Shown here: one piece after another, positions 1 through 8,614 of the stretch
Layout of the letters: every line of letters starts with the position of its first letter
How positions within the stretch are numbered: the stretch's first letter is position 1
Source of the DNA: Bdellovibrionota bacterium
GTDB taxonomy: Bacteria > Bdellovibrionota_C > UBA2361
Length of the DNA: 53,729 bases
Direction: 5' to 3'
Assembly (NCBI GenBank): GCA_044352465.1
Contig: JBILDU010000007.1
Span: forward strand, 1-53,729
Made by a program: the position numbers and the translations under genes
Notes under the pieces: model-generated
Database searches by the model: none
What the model saw: only the letters and a program-made list of their open reading frames with translations
What the model was told of the DNA's origin: nothing

Positions 1-1186
1 TAAAGGTCTCCTGTATCGCCGTATCCTCTTTGGCAGCGAGAGAGAGCTTCGCGTACTCGGAGTAAAGAAAACGATAAACCGTATCGGGATCCCCGTGGGG
101 CACCACCGTTCCCGGCAGGCGCTCGTCGAACTCCAGCGAGTGGCAACCTGCGCAGTGCTTCTCCATATCGATCTTTTCGATCTGTCTGAAGTTCGCCCCC
201 ATACCGTGACAATCACGACATCCCAGCGTCACTTCGCCATCGGGGCCACGAAGATTCGCTTGTAGGTGGAGCTCATGATTGAGCTTGATATTTGAGCGAT
301 CGATGAGCCGAGCGGTATCGTCAAGCCGCACCCGCGGCGCAACCTCACCCGGCTTCGCTTGGAGCGACACCATGAATTCAGTGTGTTTCTCCCAATTCGG
401 AATATCGGGGCGGGTGGTCTCGGGGAAGACCCGCTTGATATCAGCGTGACACGATGTGCATAACTTGGGCTGCTGGGCTACGAGTCCGTTATCCCCATTG
501 TGCTCCATGTGGCAACTGGCGCATCGGAATTCGCCAACCTGCAGATGCTTTTCGAATACCCGCGCATGCGCGGTGACGTTGTGGCACGATTCACATGTTT
601 TGTCTTCGACCCGCTGAAATCCCCCCGTGTGACACACACCGCAATTATCCGCGATCATGTGGTGATTATTAGAGATCGGGCCGCTATTCCAAGATTCCTT
701 CGCGGTAGTCGTCCAAGGATAGAGGAAGAACACCACCACCGCGAACACCACGAGCACGGTTGAGAGCAACGCCACCGAGGGTAGACGATTTTTGAGCTGT
801 AACCGCTGGAGCGTCGCCTCAACTGCGGCCGCTGAATCGACCGTCTCGCGTCGCTCCACTTTTTGATGCAGAATCCACACCGCACCTTCCCGCGCTACAG
901 CGAGCGCGATATCGCCTAGCCGAAGGTGGGCCCCCTCTCTCAGTTGGGTGCGTTTCACCAGCTGTCCGTTGACCTGGACCCCACCGAGCGAGTCGAGATC
1001 CTCGACAAAAAGATCCTCCCCGACGACGCTTATTTTCGCGTGAACAAGCGAAACGAGCTTGCTTTCGAGTCGGAGGTCGCAACCGCTCCCTCGCCCGAGC
1101 ACGATCTCGCCGGACTCGTAAACGTGCCCCCGCACATCCCGGGTGCCGTTAGCGCTAACCTCTTCAATAAGGTGTCGGATCAACAA
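1..1186 (-). CDS. FHA-domain, single-TM multiheme c-type cytochrome (3' end runs off the window)
   Basis: Not in the ORF track; translated by hand from TTG at 1186 (or 1183), just after the upstream stop. FHA-like IVLGRGSGCDLRLESKLVSLVHAKI...VEDLDSLGGVQVNG, then a TM segment VALLSTVLVVFAVVVFFLYPW, then CGVCH, CESCH, CASCH, CTSCH, CRDCH, CAGCH. The frame stays open to the window edge. Confidence 0.88.
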   Translation of the reverse strand, partial: MLIRHLIEEVSANGTRDVRGHVYESGEIVLGRGSGCDLRLESKLVSLVHAKISVVGEDLFVEDLDSLGGVQVNGQLVKRTQLREGAHLRLGDIALAVAREGAVWILHQKVERRETVDSAAAVEATLQRLQLKNRLPSVALLSTVLVVFAVVVFFLYPWTTTAKESWNSGPISNNHHMIADNCGVCHTGGFQRVEDKTCESCHNVTAHARVFEKHLQVGEFRCASCHMEHNGDNGLVAQQPKLCTSCHADIKRVFPETTRPDIPNWEKHTEFMVSLQAKPGEVAPRVRLDDTARLIDRSNIKLNHELHLQANLRGPDGEVTLGCRDCHGMGANFRQIEKIDMEKHCAGCHSLEFDERLPGTVVPHGDPDTVYRFLYSEYAKLSLAAKEDTAIQETF

Positions 1187-1195
1187 GCGTGCACC

Positions 1196-2014
1196 TTACC
1201 AAAACCAAAAAACAGAAAAGATGTGGATCGCGAGCAACGCGACAAGGGCAAACGATAGGGGCACATGGAAGTAGAGCCACATCTTCAACTTCGTTAGCAC
1301 CAAGGTTTCTTCATAAAGTTGGTTGGCGAGCTCGCGTTTCTTATTTATCAGCGTGATGATTTTAAGCCCTTCCTCTTGCTCCTGTTGGAGGAGACCACTG
1401 AGGAGTTCGGCACCGCTCGATTTGGGGATCTGCGGTTGTCGCGCGCCAAAGAGGACCGCCCGAAGCGACGGATTAAAATCAAAGTCGAGCCCCCGGACGA
1501 GGGTCAAGAATTGATCGCTCTTGTCGTGCGCAAGCGCCTCCACATCTTTGGAGATGAGCGCGATCTGCTCCATAAGCTTCCGCCCGGTTCCACCACCCCG
1601 ATGCGATTTAATTTGGGCGGCGAGCATCGAATAATTGAGCGCCCCCCAAATCCCGCTCCCGATCGTGAGCAGCATCACTACGTAAGCGAGGGTGTGGACG
1701 TTCAATCCGAATTGAAATCCGCTATGCAGCGGAACGATCACCGCCAAAGCGAGACCCAGATAGACGTGCGCGGAGAGGCATCCCTTCAGCGTTGAGGACT
1801 GGGAGTGATACGAGCGTTTTCGAACACCGAACCACATGAGGTAAACGATACCCGCAGTTGCGAGCCCTCCGAGCGTGTAACCGAGGACCGTGCCCCCATT
1901 ACGCCCACCGATTGGATCGTTGCAGAGGTAAAGGACGATACAAAGCACCACGATCCCGGCGTTAATCCAGAACCATCGATAGCCCCGGTAGCTGAAAAAG
2001 GTCTCCATACTCAC
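1196..2014 (-). CDS. Integral membrane protein with His in TM helices (possible cytochrome b-like subunit)
   Basis: About 5 hydrophobic helices; SAHVYLG, PLHSG, NVHTL, YFHVP, AIHIF; the start overlaps the upstream stop. Heme-b binding is inference. Confidence 0.7.
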   Translation of the reverse strand: MSMETFFSYRGYRWFWINAGIVVLCIVLYLCNDPIGGRNGGTVLGYTLGGLATAGIVYLMWFGVRKRSYHSQSSTLKGCLSAHVYLGLALAVIVPLHSGFQFGLNVHTLAYVVMLLTIGSGIWGALNYSMLAAQIKSHRGGGTGRKLMEQIALISKDVEALAHDKSDQFLTLVRGLDFDFNPSLRAVLFGARQPQIPKSSGAELLSGLLQQEQEEGLKIITLINKKRELANQLYEETLVLTKLKMWLYFHVPLSFALVALLAIHIFSVFWFW

Positions 2015-4371
2015 CCGCCTCCCGACGCTCGCTTATCCGAGAGGATCTGGAGCATTTGGCGTGGGTTGACCCGTATCGCAGCTCCGGTGGGACACGACCG
2101 CACACACGCCGGCCCACCCGGCAGCTTCTCGCAGAGGTCGCACTTCGCGGCCTTGGCCGGCCCTTTCTCCTTCTTCTTTTTCTTGAGCCCCAACATCTCA
2201 AAAAGCGAGAAGCTCCATTCAGGGGAATCGTACACCAGTTGAATCACCCCGTATGGACAGTTCCGGGTGCAGTTGCCACACCCGATACACGAATCCCGAA
2301 TGATCACCTCACCGTTGGGCTTGCGTGCTAACGCATCGGGGGGGCAATCGAGCATACAGAGCGGGTTTTCGCAGTGCCGACAAGATATCGGCACCTGAAT
2401 GTTCGCGTAGTTCTTACCCCCTTTGCGATCGAGCCGCGAATGCCCGTTATGGGTTGCCGCACACGCAGCCTCGCAGTTATCGCACCCCACGCAGAGATCG
2501 GAGTCGATGAGCAGAAAATTATCCGCGTCGGTTACCCCTTCTCCCATCATGAAATCGAGAAGCTGCCCGGTATACTCCCCCTTCACTTGGGTGATATTTT
2601 CGACGTGCCGCTCGCGCACAAGTTGGCTGACCTTCTTTTTGACCTTTGGATTTTGCTCGAGGAGAGCAACAAAATCCTCCTTCGATATCGCAATGAGCTC
2701 ACAGGGCACCGCGGCGGTGACGGTAGCCGAGCGTCCCTTGCCGTCAGCGCTGAGCAGCGCCATCTCGCCCACCAGGTTTCCTGCGGCGAGATATGTCTGG
2801 GCGACGTCGACACCGCGCGCGTTGCGCCGAGCGATCTTCACCGACCCTTTACGAATGACGTAACACAAATCTCCCGGATCACCCTCGCGGAAGATGACCT
2901 CACCTTTTTTGAATTTCTTCATCGCCGCCTTCTGAACAAGACGAGCGAGAAACTCCTCCGAGGCATCTGGAAAGATCGAGGTTTGAAGCGCGCGGCGCAT
3001 GAACGCCTCATCCAGGCTCCGCTTCACCGAATCCAGCGACGCGTTCAGCTTCAAGATCTGTTTGCGCGGTGATTCAACTAAAATAGCGGCTTCACTCACC
3101 TTCACGGTCGCCGACCGGCGTCGACCGGAGAGAAGTCCCACCTCGCCGAAATAGTTACCCGCGAATATATCGACCCCGCCTTTCCCGTCGGGAAGCTCCA
3201 CCGCCACACTCCCCTCCACGATGCTCCAGAAGGTGTCGGTATAATCGTTCCGTTCGAACACCACATCGCCCGGCTTCTTGATGTGGATCGTTGAATCGAT
3301 GATGAGCTCTCGGAATTGCGAATCGCTCAGCTCCTTAAAGAGCGGGAGCTTCGTCCGAATCATCTCGAGGTTGGCGTTCGTGTCCCCCGGGAGAACGTCA
3401 AGCTTCTCCCGAATGAGCACCTGATCGGCCGGCTCGATCGCATTACCGATGATATGCTCAATGACCTCATGCCCCTGGTTCATCGCTTGCTTGATGAGCG
3501 GATACCCGATCAGCGCCCCGAGAATAAAGAGATTCGGGACATTCGACTCGTAGCGGCGGCTCACCACCGGCACCGCGGCGGGGTCCTCATTTGGGAAGGC
3601 GATCCCACACCCCTCAAGGAACTTTCGCGGCAGGATACAGCCGAGCCGCGCAATAATATGATCACAGGTGAGCGCCACCTCTCCATCGGGAGTGGCGATA
3701 TAGGTCGTCTGGGCCTCAATTCGGGCGACCGACGAGTTCATGAACGCTCGCACCCGGCCCGCCTTGATGGCCTCCATGATTTTGGCAGCGTTCGCCTCTT
3801 TTGCGCGGGGGAATTCGTCGGTTCGGTTCAAAATAGAGACCGTGTTTTTGTCGGCAAGCGCCAACGCATTCTCAATCGCGGCATCACCAGCGCCAACAAC
3901 GAGGATGTTTCTTCCGGTGAATGCACCCGGGTCCGCTAAGGTATACGCCACATGGGGGAGATCCTCACCCGGAACGCCAAGTTTGCGGGGCGAACCTTGC
4001 ACACCGATCGACAGCACCACGTGTTTGGCGGCAATGACCTCAGCTCCAAGGACGATCTCAAATCCCGCCGCCGTTCTCTTTATCGCGGTGACCTCACCCT
4101 TTTTGAGGTTAACTCGGTGGTCCTTGACCGCGTCGTTCCAACCTTGGAGCACCAGCTCGCGAGTGCCTGCCGCAAACGGCACCGGCGTCACGAGCGGCAG
4201 GCGGGTCGGCTCCGCCATAACGTGTTTGCCGAGCTGGTAATCAAAGATGGTGTTCCCGATCTCACGCTTTTCGATGAGAACATGGCTTATTTTGTGGTGG
4301 GAGGCGTTCGCTGCGGCACCGAGCCCCGCGGGCCCTGCTCCGATAATCGCTACCTCAAACTGCTCGCTCAT
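2011..4371 (-). CDS. FAD/NAD(P)H oxidoreductase (TrxR/YpdA-like) + 2 cyclic-nucleotide-binding domains + 4x[4Fe-4S] ferredoxin domain
   Basis: IIGAGPAG and VVGAGDAA Rossmann motifs; two cNMP cassettes (FGEVGLLSGRRRSATV, VGEMALL...RSATV); CVGCDNCEAAC, CRHCENPLCMLDCP, CIGCGNCTRNCP, CDLC...CVRSCP. Start placed at the ATG of MSEQFEV. Confidence 0.92.
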   Translation of the reverse strand: MSEQFEVAIIGAGPAGLGAAANASHHKISHVLIEKREIGNTIFDYQLGKHVMAEPTRLPLVTPVPFAAGTRELVLQGWNDAVKDHRVNLKKGEVTAIKRTAAGFEIVLGAEVIAAKHVVLSIGVQGSPRKLGVPGEDLPHVAYTLADPGAFTGRNILVVGAGDAAIENALALADKNTVSILNRTDEFPRAKEANAAKIMEAIKAGRVRAFMNSSVARIEAQTTYIATPDGEVALTCDHIIARLGCILPRKFLEGCGIAFPNEDPAAVPVVSRRYESNVPNLFILGALIGYPLIKQAMNQGHEVIEHIIGNAIEPADQVLIREKLDVLPGDTNANLEMIRTKLPLFKELSDSQFRELIIDSTIHIKKPGDVVFERNDYTDTFWSIVEGSVAVELPDGKGGVDIFAGNYFGEVGLLSGRRRSATVKVSEAAILVESPRKQILKLNASLDSVKRSLDEAFMRRALQTSIFPDASEEFLARLVQKAAMKKFKKGEVIFREGDPGDLCYVIRKGSVKIARRNARGVDVAQTYLAAGNLVGEMALLSADGKGRSATVTAAVPCELIAISKEDFVALLEQNPKVKKKVSQLVRERHVENITQVKGEYTGQLLDFMMGEGVTDADNFLLIDSDLCVGCDNCEAACAATHNGHSRLDRKGGKNYANIQVPISCRHCENPLCMLDCPPDALARKPNGEVIIRDSCIGCGNCTRNCPYGVIQLVYDSPEWSFSLFEMLGLKKKKKEKGPAKAAKCDLCEKLPGGPACVRSCPTGAAIRVNPRQMLQILSDKRASGGG

Positions 4372-4557
4372 GGGGGACAGGAGCTTCCGATAAAGGGACC
4401 GTATGACGGACCTCACTAGAGCATAATACTTTAAGGTCAATCAAGGACTTGTTTGAGTCGCCGCCGAACGCCGATCTAAAAAACGGTTGGACAGAACGAA
4501 GGGTGTGTGGCATCCAAGACCGAAGGGCGCTCGACTGGAGCTCGGGCCAACTCAGAA

Positions 4558-4582
4558 ATAGAAGAGCGATTTACTCAAGTAA
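4558..4582. promoter_or_regulatory. Possible IscR/Rrf2-type operator in the divergent promoter region
   Basis: ATAGAAGAGCGATTTACTCAAGTAA; 18/25 identical to the palindrome upstream of sufB, including the exact TTACTCAAGTA. Confidence 0.35.
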
Positions 4583-4803
4583 GTCCGTCGATATCGTTTT
4601 TAAACGCGCTGGGCGTAGGCTCGATGGGGTCATACCCTAGATCTTTTCACTTTTGCCTTGGCGTATGATAAGGCTTCGCAATCTTTCTTTACCGTACCCG
4701 ATTCTTTTTCGGAGAGACCAATTCTCACCGCCGAGATTTGAAAGCAGTCATGGGGCCGTGGTGATGGGGGCCTGAGCGCAATAAACGGAGAACCAACTAT
4801 TCC

Positions 4804-6087
4804 ATGATCACAACCTCTTCGACCCGCAAACTACTCCTTGCCGCGACACTCATTCTTGGGCTTCACACACCCGGATTCGCCGAAGGTCCTGCGTACATGG
4901 GCACCGGGTCGTGTTCTTCCTCAAATTGCCACGGGGGCGTATCACCTCGGAAAGCCACAAACGTCCTGCAAAATGAATACGTCACCTGGCAAAAACACGA
5001 CCTCCACGCGCAGGCTTGGTTAAACCTCGGGAACGCGGAATCGAAGCGGATCGCGTATCACTTGGGGATTAAGGATGCACAGAAAGACCCGCTCTGCCTT
5101 AGTTGTCACGCAACGTACCACCCGGACGCACGGCAAGGTAAAAATTTCCAAATCGAGGATGGCGTGGGGTGTGAGTCGTGTCACGGCCCGGGTGAGAAAT
5201 ATCTCGGCCCCCACACCGCGAACGATGCAACCCACGCCAAGAACGTCGAGAACGGCATGCTCGATATCGTGGCTCCACACCAACGGGCGGCGCTCTGCGT
5301 TACCTGCCATATCGGCAATGACGACAAATCGGTATCACACCGTCTGATCGGCGCAGGGCATCCGCGCCTAAGCTTCGAGCTCGATACCTTCAGCATGCTT
5401 GAGCCGAAACATTGGATCGTGGACGACGATTATAAGAGCCGCAAAGCAGATTACAGTCCCGTGAAAGCATGGCTCATCGGCCAAGCTGAAGTCGCCGACG
5501 CAATGCTCGACACCTCCCTCTCAAAAACCCGCTCCCGCGACGGCCAATGGCCCGAGCTCACCCAATTTTACTGTTACTCGTGCCACCACAGCCTCGCCGA
5601 GGATCAGTGGAAAAATCGCGACTACGGCGGGCGTCCAGGGGAGCTCCGCTTAAACGTCTCCTCACTCATCATCTTGCGTGAGGCGCTGAAAGCGACCGAG
5701 CCGGCCCTGAGCGTCGCTCTGGCAGCAAAAATGGAAGATCTCCATAAGCGATACCGCGACGCCACTCCGGTTGATGCCATAAGAGGTATTAAATCGGTGT
5801 TAGCTCAGATCCGCACCGCGGTTGATGCCAGAGACTACGATCGGGGGGCGCTTGACCGATTGTTGAAGCGAGTCACGGTCTACGGCGCCGCAACGCGCGG
5901 GCTCCAGTACGAGGTAGCCGAGCAGATCGCGATGGCGATGTCGAGCATCGTTTCGGCCCGGTCAGCCGATGGAAAACTCTTCAAATCTGAGATCGATGGC
6001 GTGTACTCGGCTCTCGCGACTCCGGATGAGTTTAATGCCGACGAATTTACGGCCGCGTGCGACGCCTTCGCAAAAGCTCTCGCGTAG
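4804..6087 (+). CDS. Periplasmic multiheme cytochrome c (c554-like)
   Basis: Signal peptide (...TPGFA-E); CSSSNCH (CX4CH), CLSCH, CESCH, CVTCH, CYSCH. Confidence 0.88.
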   Translation: MITTSSTRKLLLAATLILGLHTPGFAEGPAYMGTGSCSSSNCHGGVSPRKATNVLQNEYVTWQKHDLHAQAWLNLGNAESKRIAYHLGIKDAQKDPLCLSCHATYHPDARQGKNFQIEDGVGCESCHGPGEKYLGPHTANDATHAKNVENGMLDIVAPHQRAALCVTCHIGNDDKSVSHRLIGAGHPRLSFELDTFSMLEPKHWIVDDDYKSRKADYSPVKAWLIGQAEVADAMLDTSLSKTRSRDGQWPELTQFYCYSCHHSLAEDQWKNRDYGGRPGELRLNVSSLIILREALKATEPALSVALAAKMEDLHKRYRDATPVDAIRGIKSVLAQIRTAVDARDYDRGALDRLLKRVTVYGAATRGLQYEVAEQIAMAMSSIVSARSADGKLFKSEIDGVYSALATPDEFNADEFTAACDAFAKALA

Positions 6088-6155
6088 CAGCATTGCGTAG
6101 AGGATCCGTAAAGATCAGCGCACCGCGTCGGGGAAACACTCACACTCAAGCGGTG

Positions 6156-6782
6156 TTACCATGAGCGCTCCCTCAAAATTCGATCAAGCGCGGCAAGGTT
6201 ATCGACTTTGCCCTGTGTCCGCGTAGCTTGCGCTGCTGGAGTATACCACTCGTGACCCCCAACAAACCGGCGCAGGTTCGTGAAAAACACTTCATCCCGG
6301 GGAACGTTTATCTCTCGCCGTACAAGCTCAGCTTTCGCAAGGAAATCGGGCCGCCCCAGGTTACTCACATCAGCATCACAGAGGTACTTCGAAAGCTCCG
6401 TGGTCGGCACCTGCCGAGGGCCTCCTGGAAAGACCTTTACCTCGGTATCGCGGATGATCGTCTCCACCGCCGCTACCTCGGCTGCGGAGAACCCTCCGCT
6501 TCGCTGCATCTCCTCACTCGCAAGGCGCGCTCCGATCGATTCGTTCCCACTGCGCCGCTCAACAAACCCAAGATCATGGAAAGCCGCACCAATCCTTAAA
6601 AGCTCAATGTCCTGAGAGCTTAATCGGTCACACTGAGCAAAATAGGTAACCTCGGCAAGCACGTCTTCGGTATGACTGCGGGTATGATAGGTAAGACTAC
6701 TCGGGAGCTCCCGCTCAAGGCGGGCAAGCGCATAGGCGATGAGCAGGTGACTACGGGGGAACTGAGCACTATCGTGATCCAT
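6156..6782 (-). CDS. HD-domain metal-dependent phosphohydrolase
   Basis: YHTRSHT...AAFHDLGF...CDADVSNLGR motifs; start placed at MDHDSAQ. Confidence 0.85.
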   Translation of the reverse strand: MDHDSAQFPRSHLLIAYALARLERELPSSLTYHTRSHTEDVLAEVTYFAQCDRLSSQDIELLRIGAAFHDLGFVERRSGNESIGARLASEEMQRSGGFSAAEVAAVETIIRDTEVKVFPGGPRQVPTTELSKYLCDADVSNLGRPDFLAKAELVRREINVPRDEVFFTNLRRFVGGHEWYTPAAQATRTQGKVDNLAALDRILRERSW

Positions 6783-6924
6783 CAGATAAGAGACTACCCT
6801 ACCCTCGCATAAAGAGCGAACAAAATGAGCCCCGAGCAACGGAAGGGGGGCGCTCTATGGGACGCAGAGGAATGCCCATTTTCCGGGCTCTCCATCGCTT
6901 GGAATGTGCGTGCCGTAAGGCAGG

Positions 6925-6961
6925 CTTCGGTCGTGACCTCGGCGAGCTCAGTCGAACGGAG
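6925..6961. repeat. Short palindromic dispersed repeat (REP/MITE-like), copy 1
   Basis: CTTCGGT...GAGCTCAGTCGAACGGAG; related copy at 42613-42639; both intergenic. Confidence 0.4.
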
Positions 6962-7058
6962 TCCGAAGGCGGACGAGACATGGGGGCTCCGCCCCCCACC
7001 GGCTCTCAAGTGAAAAATCTTTCCGGTCGCAGGCCGAGTAGGGCGCGCTCAAGCGGCT

Positions 7059-7457
7059 CTACAAATCGGACGCTTCGCTGTCCTGCGCCCGATTCGGAGG
7101 CAGCGGGATTGAAGTTGGGAGCCCCGATACCAAACCGATATCTTGGGCGTCCGGGGCGAACAAAGGTTTCCCGAGGGCTAAGGCGACTCTATCTCCATCC
7201 GGAATAATTGCAACGATCGGCGCCGGATTGTACGCCGGCTCGGGACTGGGAGGCGGAGCCGGGGCGACCAAAGGACAATTTTCGAGGGTCGCAGACGACA
7301 TCATCTCCTTCATCACCCCTCGCTCCGCGGTGACGAACGGACACGGCGCCGCACCGAATGCGAGTACCGGGAGAAGTATGAGCACCAGAAACAGACCTCC
7401 CCCAAAGCTTCGATGTATCAGCACCTTCTTTCCCATCAACTCAAACCTCATCGTCAC
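7059..7457 (-). CDS. Small secreted Pro-rich protein with a Cys pair (paralog A)
   Basis: GGAGG RBS; signal peptide ending AFG; AAPCPFVTAERGVM...ENCP then Pro-rich; N-terminal motif shared with 7859-8257. Confidence 0.65.
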   Translation of the reverse strand: MTMRFELMGKKVLIHRSFGGGLFLVLILLPVLAFGAAPCPFVTAERGVMKEMMSSATLENCPLVAPAPPPSPEPAYNPAPIVAIIPDGDRVALALGKPLFAPDAQDIGLVSGLPTSIPLPPNRAQDSEASDL

Positions 7458-7638
7458 CTCCCACCAAACAACTCTACGGAGAGGGATAACTGTCGGGGCG
7501 GTTTAGTAACCGGGACCTTTGAGTCCCCTCAGAAGCCGCCCCTGGAGGTTAAGAATGCAATTTGCACACCAGATGGTGGCGATTTCAGAAACGGTTCCGG
7601 TTACTTCAAGCTAAGCTACTGAATGCGCTAGGAGTGGG

Positions 7639-7674
7639 GTGAAAAAGACCCCACGAGGGTGGGGACTTTTTCAC
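7639..7674. terminator. Probable bidirectional rho-independent terminator
   Basis: GTGAAAAAGACCCCAC-GAGG-GTGGGGACTTTTTCAC, a 16-bp inverted repeat with 1 mismatch and A/T tracts. Confidence 0.65.
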
Positions 7675-7858
7675 AATCGTGCTCGGTGTGCAGCGCCTTT
7701 TTCAGAGATTCTCTTCACCAGCGTGGCCGCTCGGCATGAAGGCTACCAGGGATGGCCGCCCCGCCCCCCACCGCGATACTGACGTGCGAAAGCGGCGCCC
7801 AGCGGCCCAACTGAAGCCGTGCCGAGGTCATTGGAATGAAACGAGTTTACAATGAGGA

Positions 7859-8257
7859 CTAATCCGCTGCGGCATCGGGACTGTCTCCAACTATGGCAGT
7901 TCCATCGATGGCCGTCGGGCTAGCCAGCATTATATCCGCGACCGAGGGATGCTCTTGAACCTCCTCAACTACTTTCATGATTGCAATGAAACTATAATCG
8001 ACACTGAAGGAGGTTACCGCGCTGGCAACCGATTGGATTGCTACCGCCATATTCGCCGCAAGCGGCTCAGCCACGGGTATGGGGGTCGGGGTTGGACATA
8101 GCCCCGCAACCGCACTCGTAAACCAACTGAGAACACCATCCTCCGTGGAGAAGGGACAGGTCGGCTGCGCGCCGAAAGCGGCACTCACCGGGAAAACCCA
8201 GCTTATCAATCCAAAGAAAATGAGGCGCTGCACGGCTCCCTCTAAAGGCGTCGCCAT
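7859..8257 (-). CDS. Small secreted protein with a Cys pair (paralog B)
   Basis: GGGGAG RBS; signal peptide ending AFG; AQPTCPFSTEDGVL...GLCPTPTP. Confidence 0.65.
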   Translation of the reverse strand: MATPLEGAVQRLIFFGLISWVFPVSAAFGAQPTCPFSTEDGVLSWFTSAVAGLCPTPTPIPVAEPLAANMAVAIQSVASAVTSFSVDYSFIAIMKVVEEVQEHPSVADIMLASPTAIDGTAIVGDSPDAAAD

Positions 8258-8275
8258 TCGGTTACTCCCCTATTC

Positions 8276-8302
8276 CTATCGGCATCCCGTATTCAATCTG
8301 GA
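8276..8302 (-). promoter_or_regulatory. Sigma-28 (FliA)-like promoter
   Basis: Minus strand TCCAG-N14-GCCGATAG, close to TCAAG-N14-GCCGATAA, ending 18 nt before the ATG at 8257. Confidence 0.4.
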
Positions 8303-8614
8303 GGGCAAATCAAACCTTGGGCTGCCTCTACAATTCAAACCACGCCTTCCCCGGTTTCTCCTCTACGAAAAACACCGAGATCTTCCCTTCATTTTGCACG
8401 CTCAGCGGACTAGATGCCACCCAAGATCCCCGGCTTGGAGAAGCGGTGGGACACTCAGCGAGTACTCCAAACAGAAACTTTCCTCACCCCGATAGCCGTT
8501 CCAGACTTCGCCCGCGGGAAGCCGCGTGGCTTCGGTACCTGCGCAGCCATCCTGGCCGCGCTCGTGTCCCGACCCCAAAACCTCTGGCAGGTGACAAAAC
8601 TTTTTGGCGAAACA

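Noticed and set aside
500..1258. Short ORFs listed in the track at the left end
   Set aside because: All overlap the FHA-cytochrome frame and carry no motifs.
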